The translations under genes were made by a program, and so were the position numbers. Below the pieces are notes generated by a model that ran no database searches, was not told the origin of the DNA, and was given only the letters and a program-made list of their open reading frames with translations. From contig JBBIVV010000005.1 in assembly GCA_037439545.1 (NCBI GenBank), positions 1 through 64,000 on the forward strand: a DNA stretch of 64,000 nucleotides, read 5' to 3'. This document shows positions 17,916 to 28,702 of the stretch, in pieces (the first letter of the stretch is position 1; each line of letters starts with the position of its first letter). The DNA comes from a bacterium (GTDB lineage Bacteria; JAMCPX01).

Positions 17916-19415
17916 CTACCGCAGGTTATTCAGCCTTCCGGCCGTCTTCCATTTTGATGCATTGTCTCCCTGACTGTGTGTCCCGGTGTTTTCATGATTG
18001 TCCTTCCCTGTTATACCGGGCAGGGAACTTGCAATCGCTGCCATAACCCATAGTGGGGAAGCGTCCTTGACGAAGCCGTTCATTTCCTGATCAAGAAAAC
18101 CTGTGTTTATATCCCCGTTCACAAATCTTTGGTGTTTAAGCAGCCATTGGTAAAGCGGTATGGTCGTTGAAATGCCTACAATCCTGTATTCGCTGAACGC
18201 CCTGAGCATTCTATCGATGGCTTCCTGCCTGTTTTTGCCATGGGACTGGATCTTGGTTATCAGAGAATCATACCAGCCGGGGACGTCAAAGCCTTCATAT
18301 ACCCCGCTGTCGACGCGTATGCCGGCACCCTGGGGTTCTCTCAGGTATGCGATCTTACCCGGTGTAGGCGCGAAATCACTTGCCGGATCCTCTGCAACAA
18401 TCCTGCATTCAATAGCACTGCCTGACAGCGTTATGTCAGACTGTTTGAAAGCGAGCTTATCTCCATGTGCTATCCTGATCTGTTCTTTTACAATATCGAT
18501 ACCTGTGACGAGTTCGGTTACCGGATGTTCAACCTGTAATCTTGTGTTCATCTCCATGAAGTACAGTTCGCCGTGTTCGTCCATTATGAATTCAATGGTC
18601 CCGGCATTGTAATATCCTGCAGCCTTTGCAGCCGATACTGCCATGGCACCGACCTTTGCCCGCTTTTCAGCATTCATGACAGGGGATGGGCTTTCTTCGA
18701 TGAGCTTCTGATGCTTTCTCTGTATGGAACATTCTCTTTCGTTGAGGTGAATCACAGTGCCCTGCCGGTCACCGAGTATCTGAAACTCGATATGCCGTGG
18801 GTCCCTGATAAACTTCTCTATGTAAAGTGAGCCGTCCCCGAAAGCCGACAGAGCCTCTGAAGACGCCCGTTCGAATGCAGATGCAAGGGACTTTTCCTCT
18901 TCGACGAGCCTCATGCCTTTACCGCCGCCGCCGCTTACGGCCTTTATCATGACAGGGTAGCCTATTTCATCTGTTATCTTTTTGGCAGTCTTCACGTCCG
19001 GAACAGGATCGATGGTGCCGGGTACGATGGTAACCCCTGCACTTTTTGCAAGCCTTCTTGCACTGATCTTATCGCCCATTGCCTTTACGGATTCCGGAGA
19101 GGGACCTATGAATACAATTCCGCTGTCCGAGATTTTTTTCGCAAATACCGTGTTTTCTGCAAGGAAACCGTACCCCGGGTGAATTGCGTCTGCCGAGCAG
19201 GCTCGAGCAATACCGATGATCTTGTCCATGTTCAGGTAGCTTTCGGAAGGCTGTGAATGTCCCAGATAATACGCCTCGTCGGCCATTCTTACATGCAGGG
19301 CGTTCCTGTCGGCATCGGAATAAACGGCGACTGCCTCTATGTTCATCTCGTGACATGCACGGATAATCCTTACTGCTATCTCGGAACGGTTTGCTATGAG
19401 TATTTTTTTAAACAT
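17916..19415 (-). CDS. accC: Biotin carboxylase subunit of acyl-CoA carboxylase
   Basis: KILIANRSEIA, HPGYGFLAEN, GGGGKGMR, RECSIQRKHQK and EMNTRLQVEH motifs. No biotinyl domain. Start moved to ATG 19415. Confidence 0.92.
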   Translation of the reverse strand: MFKKILIANRSEIAVRIIRACHEMNIEAVAVYSDADRNALHVRMADEAYYLGHSQPSESYLNMDKIIGIARACSADAIHPGYGFLAENTVFAKKISDSGIVFIGPSPESVKAMGDKISARRLAKSAGVTIVPGTIDPVPDVKTAKKITDEIGYPVMIKAVSGGGGKGMRLVEEEKSLASAFERASSEALSAFGDGSLYIEKFIRDPRHIEFQILGDRQGTVIHLNERECSIQRKHQKLIEESPSPVMNAEKRAKVGAMAVSAAKAAGYYNAGTIEFIMDEHGELYFMEMNTRLQVEHPVTELVTGIDIVKEQIRIAHGDKLAFKQSDITLSGSAIECRIVAEDPASDFAPTPGKIAYLREPQGAGIRVDSGVYEGFDVPGWYDSLITKIQSHGKNRQEAIDRMLRAFSEYRIVGISTTIPLYQWLLKHQRFVNGDINTGFLDQEMNGFVKDASPLWVMAAIASSLPGITGKDNHENTGTHSQGDNASKWKTAGRLNNLR

Positions 19416-19425
19416 ATTTCCCTTT

Positions 19426-19548
19426 AAATTTCTAATCCCGAATGTCTGACTGCTAAACAAAGTGGAGCATAAAATTAAAACACTTCAAATTCTTTAAAAT
19501 TTCTAATTTTGATATTGTTTAGAAATTAGGTTTTCAAATTTAGAATTT
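19426..19548. repeat. Inverted array of degenerate AT-rich heptamers (AAATT/CCT-like)
   Basis: AAATTTCTAATCCCGAA...CTAAACAA pairs with TTGTTTAGAAATTAG...TTTAGAATTT. Related to 36661-36733. Confidence 0.6.
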
Positions 19549-19558
19549 ATCCTTTCGC

Positions 19559-21109
19559 CTAAAGCGGTATGTTCCCGTGTTTTTTCTTCGGGTTGGTATC
19601 GGTCTTGTTTTTCAGCATCCGCAGGGCTGAAATGATCTTGAACCTTGTGGCAGACGGTTTTATAATCTCATCTATATAGCCGAGCTCTGCAGCCTTCCAT
19701 GGAGATGCAAATTTCTCCCTGTATTCTTCCGTGAGTTGTGTACGCTTTGCCTCCGGATCGTTTGCTGCATCGAGCTCTTTTCTAAAGATAATATTAACGG
19801 CACCGTCAGGTCCCATGACCGCGATCTCAGCGCTAGGGTATGCGTAATTGATATCGGCTCTTATGTGCTTGCTCGACATAACGTCATACGCACCGCCGTA
19901 TGCTTTTCTTGTAATAATGGTTATCTTCGGCACTGTTGCCTCTGCAAAGGCATAAAGCAGTTTAGCACCCTGCCTTATTATGCCTCCATGCTCCTGGACT
20001 GTTCCCGGTAAAAATCCCGGCACGTCTTCAAGCGTGATCAGCGGGATGTTGAATGCATCGCAAAATCTTACAAACCGTGCCCCTTTTACAGAGGCATCTA
20101 TGTCCAGGGTACCTGCAAGATACGCCGGCTGGTTTGCAATAATACCGGCAGACATACCCCCATACTTTGCAAAGCCGACAACAATATTGGGTGCATACGT
20201 CTCATGGACCTCGAGGAAATACCCGTCGTCCACCGTAGCAAATATCAACTCTTTCATATCATAAGGTTTATTGGGCTGGTCCGGAATCAGGTTGTCAAGC
20301 TCGGGTGACAGGCGATCTGCCGGGTCCGATGTTTCCTTGTAAGGAGGATCATCGAGATTGTTCGAGGGTATGAACCCTACAAGTTCTCTTAACCCGATCA
20401 GGCATTCTTCGTCATTATCGAAGACAAAGTGTGCGATACCGCTCTTCGTGGCATGGGTCATTGCACCGCCGAGTTGTTCCTTTGTCACCTCTTCATGCGT
20501 TACCGATTTTACGACATCAGGACCTGTTACGAACATGTAGCTCGTGCCTTTTGTCATAAAGATAAAATCCGTTATTGCTGGCGAGTAGACAGCCCCGCCG
20601 GCGCATGGTCCCATGACCGCCGAGAGCTGGGGAACAACGCCTGAAACCAGCACGTTGCGCAAAAATATATCGGCATAGCCTGCGAGGCTTTCAACCCCCT
20701 CCTGGATCCGTGCACCGCCGGAATCATTGAGTCCGATGACAGGCGCGCCGTTTTTTAAAGCAAGGTCCATAATCTTGCAGATTTTCTTTGCGTAAGCCCC
20801 TGATAATGAGCCGCCGAATACGGTGAAGTCCTGCGAAAACACATAGACAAGCCTGCCGTCGATCGTGCCGTAACCTGTAACCACGCCGTCGCCGAGATAC
20901 TTCTGCTTGTCCATGTTGAAATCAATCGCCCGGTGCATTACAAACTTATCGAGTTCTACAAAGCTTCCCTTGTCGAGCAGTATGTCGATGCGCTCCCGTG
21001 CGGTAAGCTTGCCGGCCTGGTGCTGTTTCTCGATGCGCTGCTCACCGCCGCCAAGCTCGGCCTCCTCATTCATCCTTTCCAATTCTTTTATACGCTTTTC
21101 ATAAGACAT
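19559..21109 (-). CDS. pccB: Acyl-CoA (propionyl/methylmalonyl-CoA) carboxylase carboxyltransferase subunit
   Basis: [47 protein letters not shown] and terminal KKHGNIPL. Confidence 0.9.
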   Translation of the reverse strand: MSYEKRIKELERMNEEAELGGGEQRIEKQHQAGKLTARERIDILLDKGSFVELDKFVMHRAIDFNMDKQKYLGDGVVTGYGTIDGRLVYVFSQDFTVFGGSLSGAYAKKICKIMDLALKNGAPVIGLNDSGGARIQEGVESLAGYADIFLRNVLVSGVVPQLSAVMGPCAGGAVYSPAITDFIFMTKGTSYMFVTGPDVVKSVTHEEVTKEQLGGAMTHATKSGIAHFVFDNDEECLIGLRELVGFIPSNNLDDPPYKETSDPADRLSPELDNLIPDQPNKPYDMKELIFATVDDGYFLEVHETYAPNIVVGFAKYGGMSAGIIANQPAYLAGTLDIDASVKGARFVRFCDAFNIPLITLEDVPGFLPGTVQEHGGIIRQGAKLLYAFAEATVPKITIITRKAYGGAYDVMSSKHIRADINYAYPSAEIAVMGPDGAVNIIFRKELDAANDPEAKRTQLTEEYREKFASPWKAAELGYIDEIIKPSATRFKIISALRMLKNKTDTNPKKKHGNIPL

Positions 21110-21140
21110 AAATTACCCCGCTCTTCCGTCATTCTTCAGT

Positions 21141-22268
21141 CTATAACAGGCACTGCTCCATCTTGTCCACAACCTGTTTCTGCTGTTCTACCGATAACTC
21201 AGGGTACATGGGAAGGCTTAACACCTGTTTTGCGGCGAGCTCCGACTGTTTCAGACTGCCCTTTTTATACCGGAGATATCGAAAAACCGGCTGGAGGTGA
21301 AGCGGTATGGGATAGTAGACCTCTGTTCCAACTCCTTCCTGTTTCAATGCGTCCCTTACCTTGTCCCTGTTTTTCACACGCACCGTGTATTGATGGAATA
21401 TGTGGGTCATGTCGTCAGGTACTCCGGGAAGAACAATCCTGTTTTGCAGCCCCGTGCCGGTGAAGTATTCGTTATACCGTTTTGCGAGCTCCATCCTTGT
21501 GTGGTTCCATTGCTCTATATGATTAAGTTTTATCGACAGTACGGCAGCCTGCAGGCCGTCCATTCTGCTGTTAATGCCGGGATACTTATGTACATATCTT
21601 TCCGGGGATCCATGCACCCTCAATACACGCAGCATTCCGGCAAGCTTATCATCGTTCGTGACAACCATGCCGCCATCACCCGCACCCCCGAGGTTCTTGG
21701 TCGGATAAAAAGAAAAACATCCCATATCACCGATCGTGCCGGCCTTTTTATATTCATTATTATATATGCATCGTGCACCGAAAGCCTGAGCAGCATCCTC
21801 TATGACCTGCACACCGTACTTTTTCGCAAGTTTCATAATGCCCTGCATGTCAGCGCTCCTTCCGTACAGGTGGACAGGCAGGATTGCCTTTACCGTGCGG
21901 TGTCTTTTCAGGGCTTGCTCGACCATGGGTACGGACAGGTTAAAGGTGCCGGGCTCTATATCCACGAACACAGGATCAGCACCAAGCCGAGTGATAGCAG
22001 ATGCGGTTGCAAAGAATGTAAACGGCGTCGTTATTACCCTGTCTCCTTTTTTAATGCCGACGGCTAAAAGGGACAGATACAGTGCATCGGAACCTGATGC
22101 AACAGCAACGGCATGTTTTATGCCGAGGTACGACTCGCACGCTTTTTCAAATTCATTGACAAAATTACCGAGCACAAACTGCTGGGTCTCGAAAACCTGT
22201 TTCACCTTCTGTAAGATCTCTTCATTCAGTTTGCGATAATGTTCCGTGAGGTCTAATTGTTTAATCAT
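21141..22268 (-). CDS. DegT/DnrJ/EryC1/StrS PLP-dependent sugar aminotransferase
   Basis: EDAAQAFG, SFYPTKNLG (PLP lysine), GDGGM and NSRMD motifs. Start is 22268 or 22286. Confidence 0.92.
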   Translation of the reverse strand: MIKQLDLTEHYRKLNEEILQKVKQVFETQQFVLGNFVNEFEKACESYLGIKHAVAVASGSDALYLSLLAVGIKKGDRVITTPFTFFATASAITRLGADPVFVDIEPGTFNLSVPMVEQALKRHRTVKAILPVHLYGRSADMQGIMKLAKKYGVQVIEDAAQAFGARCIYNNEYKKAGTIGDMGCFSFYPTKNLGGAGDGGMVVTNDDKLAGMLRVLRVHGSPERYVHKYPGINSRMDGLQAAVLSIKLNHIEQWNHTRMELAKRYNEYFTGTGLQNRIVLPGVPDDMTHIFHQYTVRVKNRDKVRDALKQEGVGTEVYYPIPLHLQPVFRYLRYKKGSLKQSELAAKQVLSLPMYPELSVEQQKQVVDKMEQCLL

Positions 22269-22273
22269 ACTGC

Positions 22274-24202
22274 TTATCCTTTCCATTTACCGGTCTTCAT
22301 TCCTCTGAGCCACAGTTCCAGTGTCAGAAACAGCCATAGCTTTAGACCGTGATCCCTGACCTCGTTCTGATGCTCGTCAAATATGCGTTTTACTTCACCC
22401 GCGTTCAGGTATGCATTGATCTCCGGGCTGCCTGCCACTATATGTTCTTCGAGATAGGACCTCAGGTTGCCCCTGAACCATGCTCCAAGCGGCACCCCGA
22501 ATCCCATCTTGCCTCTGTGCATTAACTCATGCGGCAAAATGTCTCTAAAGGTGTACTTCAGGTCAGCTTTTGTTTGCAAGCCATTTAGCTTTAAATGGTC
22601 CGGTATTGTAAATGCATATTCAATGAGCCCGGTATCGAGGAACGGGGACCTGCCTTCCAGACTGTTCGCCATGGACATCCTGTCCATCTTGACCAAAAGG
22701 TCATCCGGCAGATATGTTTTGAAATTAAGATAGAGCAGCTGTGTCAATACGGAAGTCTTCTCCATACCCTCAAGCTGCGAAGTAAAGTACGAAAGCATCC
22801 TTTCTTCGTAATCATCGTCGCCCGACGGGGCATGCAGGGACGGGTTAAGGAATTGTTCAAGATTTTCAAGCTGAATATATGATATCCAGTTTATATACCT
22901 CGCAATAAGAGGTTTGTTCAGTGCCTTCAAGAACCTCTTTGCTTTTGACAAGGCATTCCTTTCTGATTTAAAATTGGGTATGAGCCCCGCCGTGCCTGCG
23001 AGAAACCTGCGGAGAGACGCAGGGATCATTTCCGCGAATCTGCTTGCCGTAAATCTCGTATAGCCAGCGAAAAGTTCATCCCCTCCATCTCCGTTCAGGG
23101 CAACGGTAACATGCTGTCTTGTCAGGTTCGATACGATGTAGGTCGGTATTGCCGATGCATCTCCAAAAGGCTCATCATAATGATATATGAGTTTATCTAT
23201 GAGATCTATGGCCTTCGGTGTAACGATAAAAACATGGTGTTCTGTGGCATACTTTTTGGCAACGATGTTTGCATATCTTGTTTCATCATAACGCGGATCC
23301 TCAGAAAAACCTATTGAAAATGTTTTCACCGGGCTGGACATGAGCCTGCTCATAATGCCCGTTATGATGCTCGAATCGATCCCCCCGCTCAGGAACGTGC
23401 CAAGCGGGACATCCGAGATGAGCCTTTTCTGTACGGCATCGGTAAATTTTAGACGAAGCAAGGGATCGTCTTTGGAATACTGATCGTCGTCCACCGCGGT
23501 GTTGATTATATGTTCTTTCAGATGCCAGTAATTCCTGGTCTCGACCTCTCCCGCGTGTGTGTAAACAGCATAATGAGCCGGCTCTAATTTAGCGATACCT
23601 TTATAAAAGGTCTGCGGCGGCTGAGCATATCCATACACCAGATAAAACGGCAGTGCCTGTTCGTTGATATTGATCTCCTGATCCGGAAGCAGTGAAAGGA
23701 TTGCTTTTATCTCGGATGCGAACAGCAGGCGCTTTGCGTCGTGATAATAGTACAGAGGTTTTTTGCCGACCCTGTCTCGTGCGAGTATAATTTTATGCTG
23801 TTTCTGATCATAGATGGCAATGGCGAACATACCGTCAAGCATTGCGATTGAATCCTCGCCATACTGTTCGTAAAGGTGTACGATGACTTCCGTATCGCTG
23901 TTCGTAACGAAACGATAATTCTGTTTCAGCCGTTCCCTGAGTTTTACAAAGTTATATATCTCTCCATTAAAAATAACCCATACATCTCTTCTCTCGTTGG
24001 TCATGGGCTGATTTGCCGATGATGAAAGATCTATGATTGAAAGCCTTCTGTGCCCGAATCCGACGCATGGGATGCTCTGGTTGTCGATATAAATGCCGTT
24101 TGCATCCGGGCCCCGGTGGACCAGCTTGTTCGTTGCATCTTCAAGGGCCTTTTTATCGATCTTTTTCCCGTCGAACTGTACAATACCGGCTATGCCGCAC
24201 AT
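22274..24202 (-). CDS. asnB: Asparagine synthase (glutamine-hydrolysing)-family amidotransferase
   Basis: N-terminal MCGIAG (Ntn Cys), HRGPD, HRRLSIID, LSGGIDSS and GDGGDELFAGY. The context suggests glycan amidation. Confidence 0.92.
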   Translation of the reverse strand: MCGIAGIVQFDGKKIDKKALEDATNKLVHRGPDANGIYIDNQSIPCVGFGHRRLSIIDLSSSANQPMTNERRDVWVIFNGEIYNFVKLRERLKQNYRFVTNSDTEVIVHLYEQYGEDSIAMLDGMFAIAIYDQKQHKIILARDRVGKKPLYYYHDAKRLLFASEIKAILSLLPDQEININEQALPFYLVYGYAQPPQTFYKGIAKLEPAHYAVYTHAGEVETRNYWHLKEHIINTAVDDDQYSKDDPLLRLKFTDAVQKRLISDVPLGTFLSGGIDSSIITGIMSRLMSSPVKTFSIGFSEDPRYDETRYANIVAKKYATEHHVFIVTPKAIDLIDKLIYHYDEPFGDASAIPTYIVSNLTRQHVTVALNGDGGDELFAGYTRFTASRFAEMIPASLRRFLAGTAGLIPNFKSERNALSKAKRFLKALNKPLIARYINWISYIQLENLEQFLNPSLHAPSGDDDYEERMLSYFTSQLEGMEKTSVLTQLLYLNFKTYLPDDLLVKMDRMSMANSLEGRSPFLDTGLIEYAFTIPDHLKLNGLQTKADLKYTFRDILPHELMHRGKMGFGVPLGAWFRGNLRSYLEEHIVAGSPEINAYLNAGEVKRIFDEHQNEVRDHGLKLWLFLTLELWLRGMKTGKWKG

Positions 24203-24203
24203 A

Positions 24204-24794
24204 TTATATCCTTCCCAGCATGTAATAGCCTATCAGCTTAAAATATTCCATCATTATGAATCTTGCATCCTTTATGCGGAAACCCATGCCCTCCTGAGAT
24301 ATCCCGGGTTTATAAGACGAACAATTATAGATTTCGATACCTGTGCCTTTAAAAACATTTTTTGCAACAAGGTACGACCTGAGCTGATGGTAGGGCGACG
24401 TTACGATCAAAATCGATTGAAATCCGTGTTTTAAGACTATAGGCTTCGAGAAAAAAAAATTCTCATACGTGCTCCTCGCATAAGGCTCTATGAGGATTAC
24501 TTTCTTCTGGATACCATAATGTGCAGCTACTTTAGATAAGAACTCACCGCTGTCTCCTGCTGTTCCATAACCGGTAAAAATTATGTAATCTGCATACCCC
24601 TGTTTATAAAGCTCAATGGCTTTTTTTGTGCGCAGGTAATAGGGATCCGCATCGCCGCTCAGTACTATTATGGCATCTGCTTTATGCGGCACATCACCTA
24701 TATAGAGCGTCCTTTCCAGCAATGGAAAGGAAAAAAACAACCCTGCGGCAAGGATAAAGACACCTGCAGCTATAAAAATGCATTTACGCCTCAT
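24204..24794 (-). CDS. YdcF/ElyC (DUF218) family protein
   Basis: ADAIIVLSG, E..ARSTYEN and VTSPYHQLR motifs with an N-terminal TM helix. Confidence 0.88.
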   Translation of the reverse strand: MRRKCIFIAAGVFILAAGLFFSFPLLERTLYIGDVPHKADAIIVLSGDADPYYLRTKKAIELYKQGYADYIIFTGYGTAGDSGEFLSKVAAHYGIQKKVILIEPYARSTYENFFFSKPIVLKHGFQSILIVTSPYHQLRSYLVAKNVFKGTGIEIYNCSSYKPGISQEGMGFRIKDARFIMMEYFKLIGYYMLGRI

Positions 24795-24856
24795 AAGTGG
24801 TTATTATACATTAAACGTCGTACGTGGCAAGCGCCGCTCTGTCCCCTTCTTGCAGA

Positions 24857-24933
24857 TTAACCAGAAAAAAGTAACAGGAAAGTTTGCTCATTCGCTCAAA
24901 CTCTCCTGTTTACAAATGCATTTTTCGGGTTAA
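24857..24933. repeat. Palindromic MITE/REP-like element bounded by TTAA
   Basis: TTAACCAGAAAAA...ACAGGAAAGTTTG-ctcattcgct-CAAACTCTCCTGT...TTTTTCGGGTTAA forms nested inverted repeats. A partial similar sequence lies at about 33683-33712. Confidence 0.6.
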
Positions 24934-24947
24934 CCGCTGTACGAGGC

Positions 24948-25988
24948 TTATTGAAACAGTTTTTTAATGCTCTTTACGTAAGGCCGGAAAAGAACACCTT
25001 TTTCCGTTATTATTGCCGTGATGTATTTTGCAGGAGTCACATCGAAAGCCGGGTTCATGACTTTGACACCTTCGGGTGCAATGGATTTACCCGCGATGGT
25101 TATAACTTCTTTGTGCGGCCTTTCTTCTATAATGATCTCCTTACCGGATGAAATGCCCGGATCGAACGTGGATGAAGGTGCAGCAACATAAAATGGGATG
25201 CCGTGCGTGTGAGCAAGGACCGCAACGCTGTAGGTGCCGATCTTGTTCGCAACATCCCCATTCCCTGCAATCCTGTCGGCTCCGACTATGCAGGCATGTA
25301 TGAGTCCCTGTTTCATCATCCATCCTGCCATATTGTCCGTAATGAGCGTAACGTCAAAGCCGTCCTGCAGAAGTTCCCATGCAGTGAGGCGTGCACCCTG
25401 CAAAAACGGCCTTGTTTCGTCGGCAAAGACCTTGAGTTTTTTGCCCGAAGCTTTTGCGGAACGCAGAACACCGAGTGCTGTGCCGTATCCTGCAGTCGCC
25501 AGTGAACCTGCATTGCAATGGGTGAGAACGGTCCATCCATTTTTGATGAGTCTTTCGCCGAAATCCCCCATCTTTTTGTTCGCTTCTATATCCTCATGAT
25601 ATATATGAAGCGCCTCTGTAGAGAGCCTTCCTGTAATCGAAGCAGGCGAAGACATTGCAGTTTTTGCAACACCGAGCATCCTTTTGACGGCCCATGATAA
25701 ATTGTGCGCAGTCGGCCGTGCATCTATAAGATGTTTCCCCATCTTTTCAAGGACCGTCAGGTATTTTTTCCGGTCTTTTATTTTTACCGACCTTGCACCA
25801 AGCCATACGCCGAATGCGGCTGTCACGCCTATTGCGGGCGCGCCCCTTACCGCCATATGCTTTATAATGTCATGGGCGTCTCTGTATGTTCTCATCTTTA
25901 TGTATTGCTTCTGTGCAGGCAGAAGTCTTTGATCCAGGACAAGTACATGGTTTTTTTTCGGCAGAATGGTATAAAACGGCATCTTCAT
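24948..25988 (-). CDS. mtnA: S-methyl-5-thioribose-1-phosphate isomerase
   Basis: LDQRLLP, VRGAPAIG, RPTA, THCNAG, DETRP.LQGARLT and NKIGTY motifs. Confidence 0.95.
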   Translation of the reverse strand: MKMPFYTILPKKNHVLVLDQRLLPAQKQYIKMRTYRDAHDIIKHMAVRGAPAIGVTAAFGVWLGARSVKIKDRKKYLTVLEKMGKHLIDARPTAHNLSWAVKRMLGVAKTAMSSPASITGRLSTEALHIYHEDIEANKKMGDFGERLIKNGWTVLTHCNAGSLATAGYGTALGVLRSAKASGKKLKVFADETRPFLQGARLTAWELLQDGFDVTLITDNMAGWMMKQGLIHACIVGADRIAGNGDVANKIGTYSVAVLAHTHGIPFYVAAPSSTFDPGISSGKEIIIEERPHKEVITIAGKSIAPEGVKVMNPAFDVTPAKYITAIITEKGVLFRPYVKSIKKLFQ

Positions 25989-28702
25989 TTGAATAAATTC
26001 TCCAGAGCTTTACTGCCTTTGTTTTTTATGTCCTGCAGATTCTTATTCTGTTCTATCTGCTTGAGCTGGCTGTTGGTATTGAGCTCCTTGTTCAGTTGTT
26101 TGTTGAGCTCCTGAATAACCTGTTTTTTTGCAGCTTCTTTGAGTCTTTGCTGAAAGACCTCCTGATCGAGGGTGAGTAAGGGCTTTCTTATGTCGCCGGT
26201 CAATAGAAAAGGTATCTCGACCTGTCCATGTTCATCCTTGATGAGCTGTCCCGTAGTTCCGCCTATCCTTCCCGATAAGGGCTTCGATAAAACTCCTATG
26301 CCCCGGTAATTCAGGTTTCCGTCGAGATCAAAATACCCGGTCGAGCTTACGACAAGGTCATTGCTTGAAAGTTTTGTGTCTTTTGAAGTTACTTTCCCAT
26401 GATCGACAGCAGCGGTAAGTTTGAGGGTGCTGAACTTCGTCGTTCTGCCGGCACCCAGGCTTGCAATCTTGGCAATGTCGGTAAGCTTTGACAATAGTGA
26501 GAACGTTTTTATTTCTCCGTCTGTTACGGTAATAACGCCATTGCCGGAAACCGTCCGCTTGAGATCTTCCGCATTTCCGTTCAGGGCAATGTCCGTTCCA
26601 AGTCTGCCGGACATCACGTCTTTGTATGAGGTGAATGTATTCAACATGTCTCCGAGATTCAATCCGGTTGTTTTCAACCGGACATTGTAAGGCTCGGCGC
26701 CTTTCATGCCGACCGTACCGTTTGCCGCGATACTGCCCGAAAATGTCTTTACGTTGAATTTCTCCAGAATAATGCTGCCTTTTACGATCCTCGCCGCTGC
26801 ACTCATGTCCGTGAACGCCGCTTTCTTTACGATGCCCTTTTGAACATGTGCAAGAACCGTCAGATTCGCTTTATCAATAAGGGAAGGCTGCTCCGGTGCT
26901 TTTGCCTTCTCCGTCTGTTTCGGCTGTTCTGCGTGCTTCTGCTGTTTTGATTCAGGGAGGAGTTCATCGACATTCAGATACGGCGAGGTAATATCGAGCT
27001 TCCCCTGTGGTGCGGAAAAATCGTTTATACTGCCGTTCGCTTTTATCGTTGACTGTCCGACCTGCACACTCATTGATTTCAATGCAATGCTGTTACGGGT
27101 AAAAGACGCATCCATGTCAAGGGACTTTAAGGGCTTTTGCAGGGACGCAATGACTGCCGAAACATTTTTAACCTGCAGTCTTCCCTGGACAGCAAGCTCC
27201 TTCGGCTTCTTGAACGCACCTTGAGCCGCAGCCGAGAGTGCAAAACTACCCGCTGCATTGTATGACTTTATCATGGGAATAACGTCCTGCAGCGATTGTA
27301 CCTGTATCTCGTTTGTATGGAGTCCGATGTTCCCGTTCATATCTCCGGAAGTAACTACGCTTCCCGCAGCATCCAATGCGAGCCTGTCAAGGATGAATTT
27401 TATATCCTTTATGTCTACGGCATCCCCGTGCTTCGAGATGTCATAGGACAAACTCAATGGTACAGAGGTGGGTTTAAAAAATATTTTCTGGTAGGTTATC
27501 TTTGCCTTTGAAAGGTCGATACTTCCGTTTATTCCCATGCCGCCGCTGTTCGTGCTTATCGTTGTAGTAATGCTCCCGTCTCCGTTGATAGTTACCTCTT
27601 TCGGCAGGGATTTTTCCATGGGGCTGTAAAACTCTATCAACTTATCCAGCGATAAGGTTCTCGAGAAAAAATTTACGTTGACTCTTTTCGTAGAAATAGC
27701 GGCGCTGCCCTTTACCCCGAGGTTAATACCGTCAGATTGAAGGGTAACATCCTTTATGTTCAGAACCATTTCCCTCGGTGTAAACTCCAGGTCATTGCTT
27801 ATGGAAAACGGGCTCACCGTCCCATTGGTAAGGGCAAGTCCCGAGAGTTCTATCTTTCCGTTTATATCCATGATGCCCGAAGACCCTGAGTTCAGTTTCT
27901 CCTCGACGTCAAGCGTGCCGGAACTCACTGTCTGGGCTTTTACCCCTGCAAGAGACAATACATACGGTATATCGATGTGCTTTAACGAGATAATTATGTT
28001 AAGCGGTAATTTTTCCATAGAGATCCGCTGTCCGGTCGGGCCGACATCTCCGTTTATATCGAGCCGTGCGTCCTTTAATTTATCGAACGAAACGCCGAGC
28101 GTGACCTTGAACGCTTTATTAACGTTAAAACCGTATACCCCGAGATTTATATGATTTAACCCGTAGGTATGTTCTTTCCCGTGTTCAATGTTCGTTATAT
28201 CAATTACCCCGTCAGTCACTGCGAGTTTATCGAGAGAAAATCCTTCAGGTATGCCTGAAGAAGTTGTTTGTGTTATTTTTTCGGGCTTTTTCTCAGTTTT
28301 TTCCTCCGGTTTTTTTAGCAGATCCGAGAAATTATAGGTTCCATCGGGGTATCTTTTGATGTTTATCTCGGGTTTTGTCAGTATCACCTTGCTGATGGAA
28401 ATTTCTTTTCTCAGCAGCGGCAGCAATTTAACCCCGACATCTATGTCATCGACGGAAACGAAAGAAGCTTTCGCAGGGGCCTTCTCTGCAACTGCAACGC
28501 CCCTTAATTCAACGCCAAGACCTGTCAGTATGGTCAATCTCAAATGCTCTATGGAAACCTGCCTGCCGATAGCCTTGCTTGCAGGGCCGGTTATCTTATT
28601 GATGTACTTGTCAAGATTGATGACAAAAGGCAGCACAAGCAGGATAGCGATAATTACAATCAGTGTTATACCTGAATAGGTTAAGATTTTTTTTAGCTTC
28701 AT
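25985..28702 (-). CDS. AsmA-family (AsmA-like lipid-transport) protein
   Basis: N-terminal anchor, V.LLPLL...I.ISKV.L.KP.I and G.YNFSDL motifs, a long beta-rich body and an IPF.L.G...KP C-terminal motif. Confidence 0.85.
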   Translation of the reverse strand: MKLKKILTYSGITLIVIIAILLVLPFVINLDKYINKITGPASKAIGRQVSIEHLRLTILTGLGVELRGVAVAEKAPAKASFVSVDDIDVGVKLLPLLRKEISISKVILTKPEINIKRYPDGTYNFSDLLKKPEEKTEKKPEKITQTTSSGIPEGFSLDKLAVTDGVIDITNIEHGKEHTYGLNHINLGVYGFNVNKAFKVTLGVSFDKLKDARLDINGDVGPTGQRISMEKLPLNIIISLKHIDIPYVLSLAGVKAQTVSSGTLDVEEKLNSGSSGIMDINGKIELSGLALTNGTVSPFSISNDLEFTPREMVLNIKDVTLQSDGINLGVKGSAAISTKRVNVNFFSRTLSLDKLIEFYSPMEKSLPKEVTINGDGSITTTISTNSGGMGINGSIDLSKAKITYQKIFFKPTSVPLSLSYDISKHGDAVDIKDIKFILDRLALDAAGSVVTSGDMNGNIGLHTNEIQVQSLQDVIPMIKSYNAAGSFALSAAAQGAFKKPKELAVQGRLQVKNVSAVIASLQKPLKSLDMDASFTRNSIALKSMSVQVGQSTIKANGSINDFSAPQGKLDITSPYLNVDELLPESKQQKHAEQPKQTEKAKAPEQPSLIDKANLTVLAHVQKGIVKKAAFTDMSAAARIVKGSIILEKFNVKTFSGSIAANGTVGMKGAEPYNVRLKTTGLNLGDMLNTFTSYKDVMSGRLGTDIALNGNAEDLKRTVSGNGVITVTDGEIKTFSLLSKLTDIAKIASLGAGRTTKFSTLKLTAAVDHGKVTSKDTKLSSNDLVVSSTGYFDLDGNLNYRGIGVLSKPLSGRIGGTTGQLIKDEHGQVEIPFLLTGDIRKPLLTLDQEVFQQRLKEAAKKQVIQELNKQLNKELNTNSQLKQIEQNKNLQDIKNKGSKALENLFK

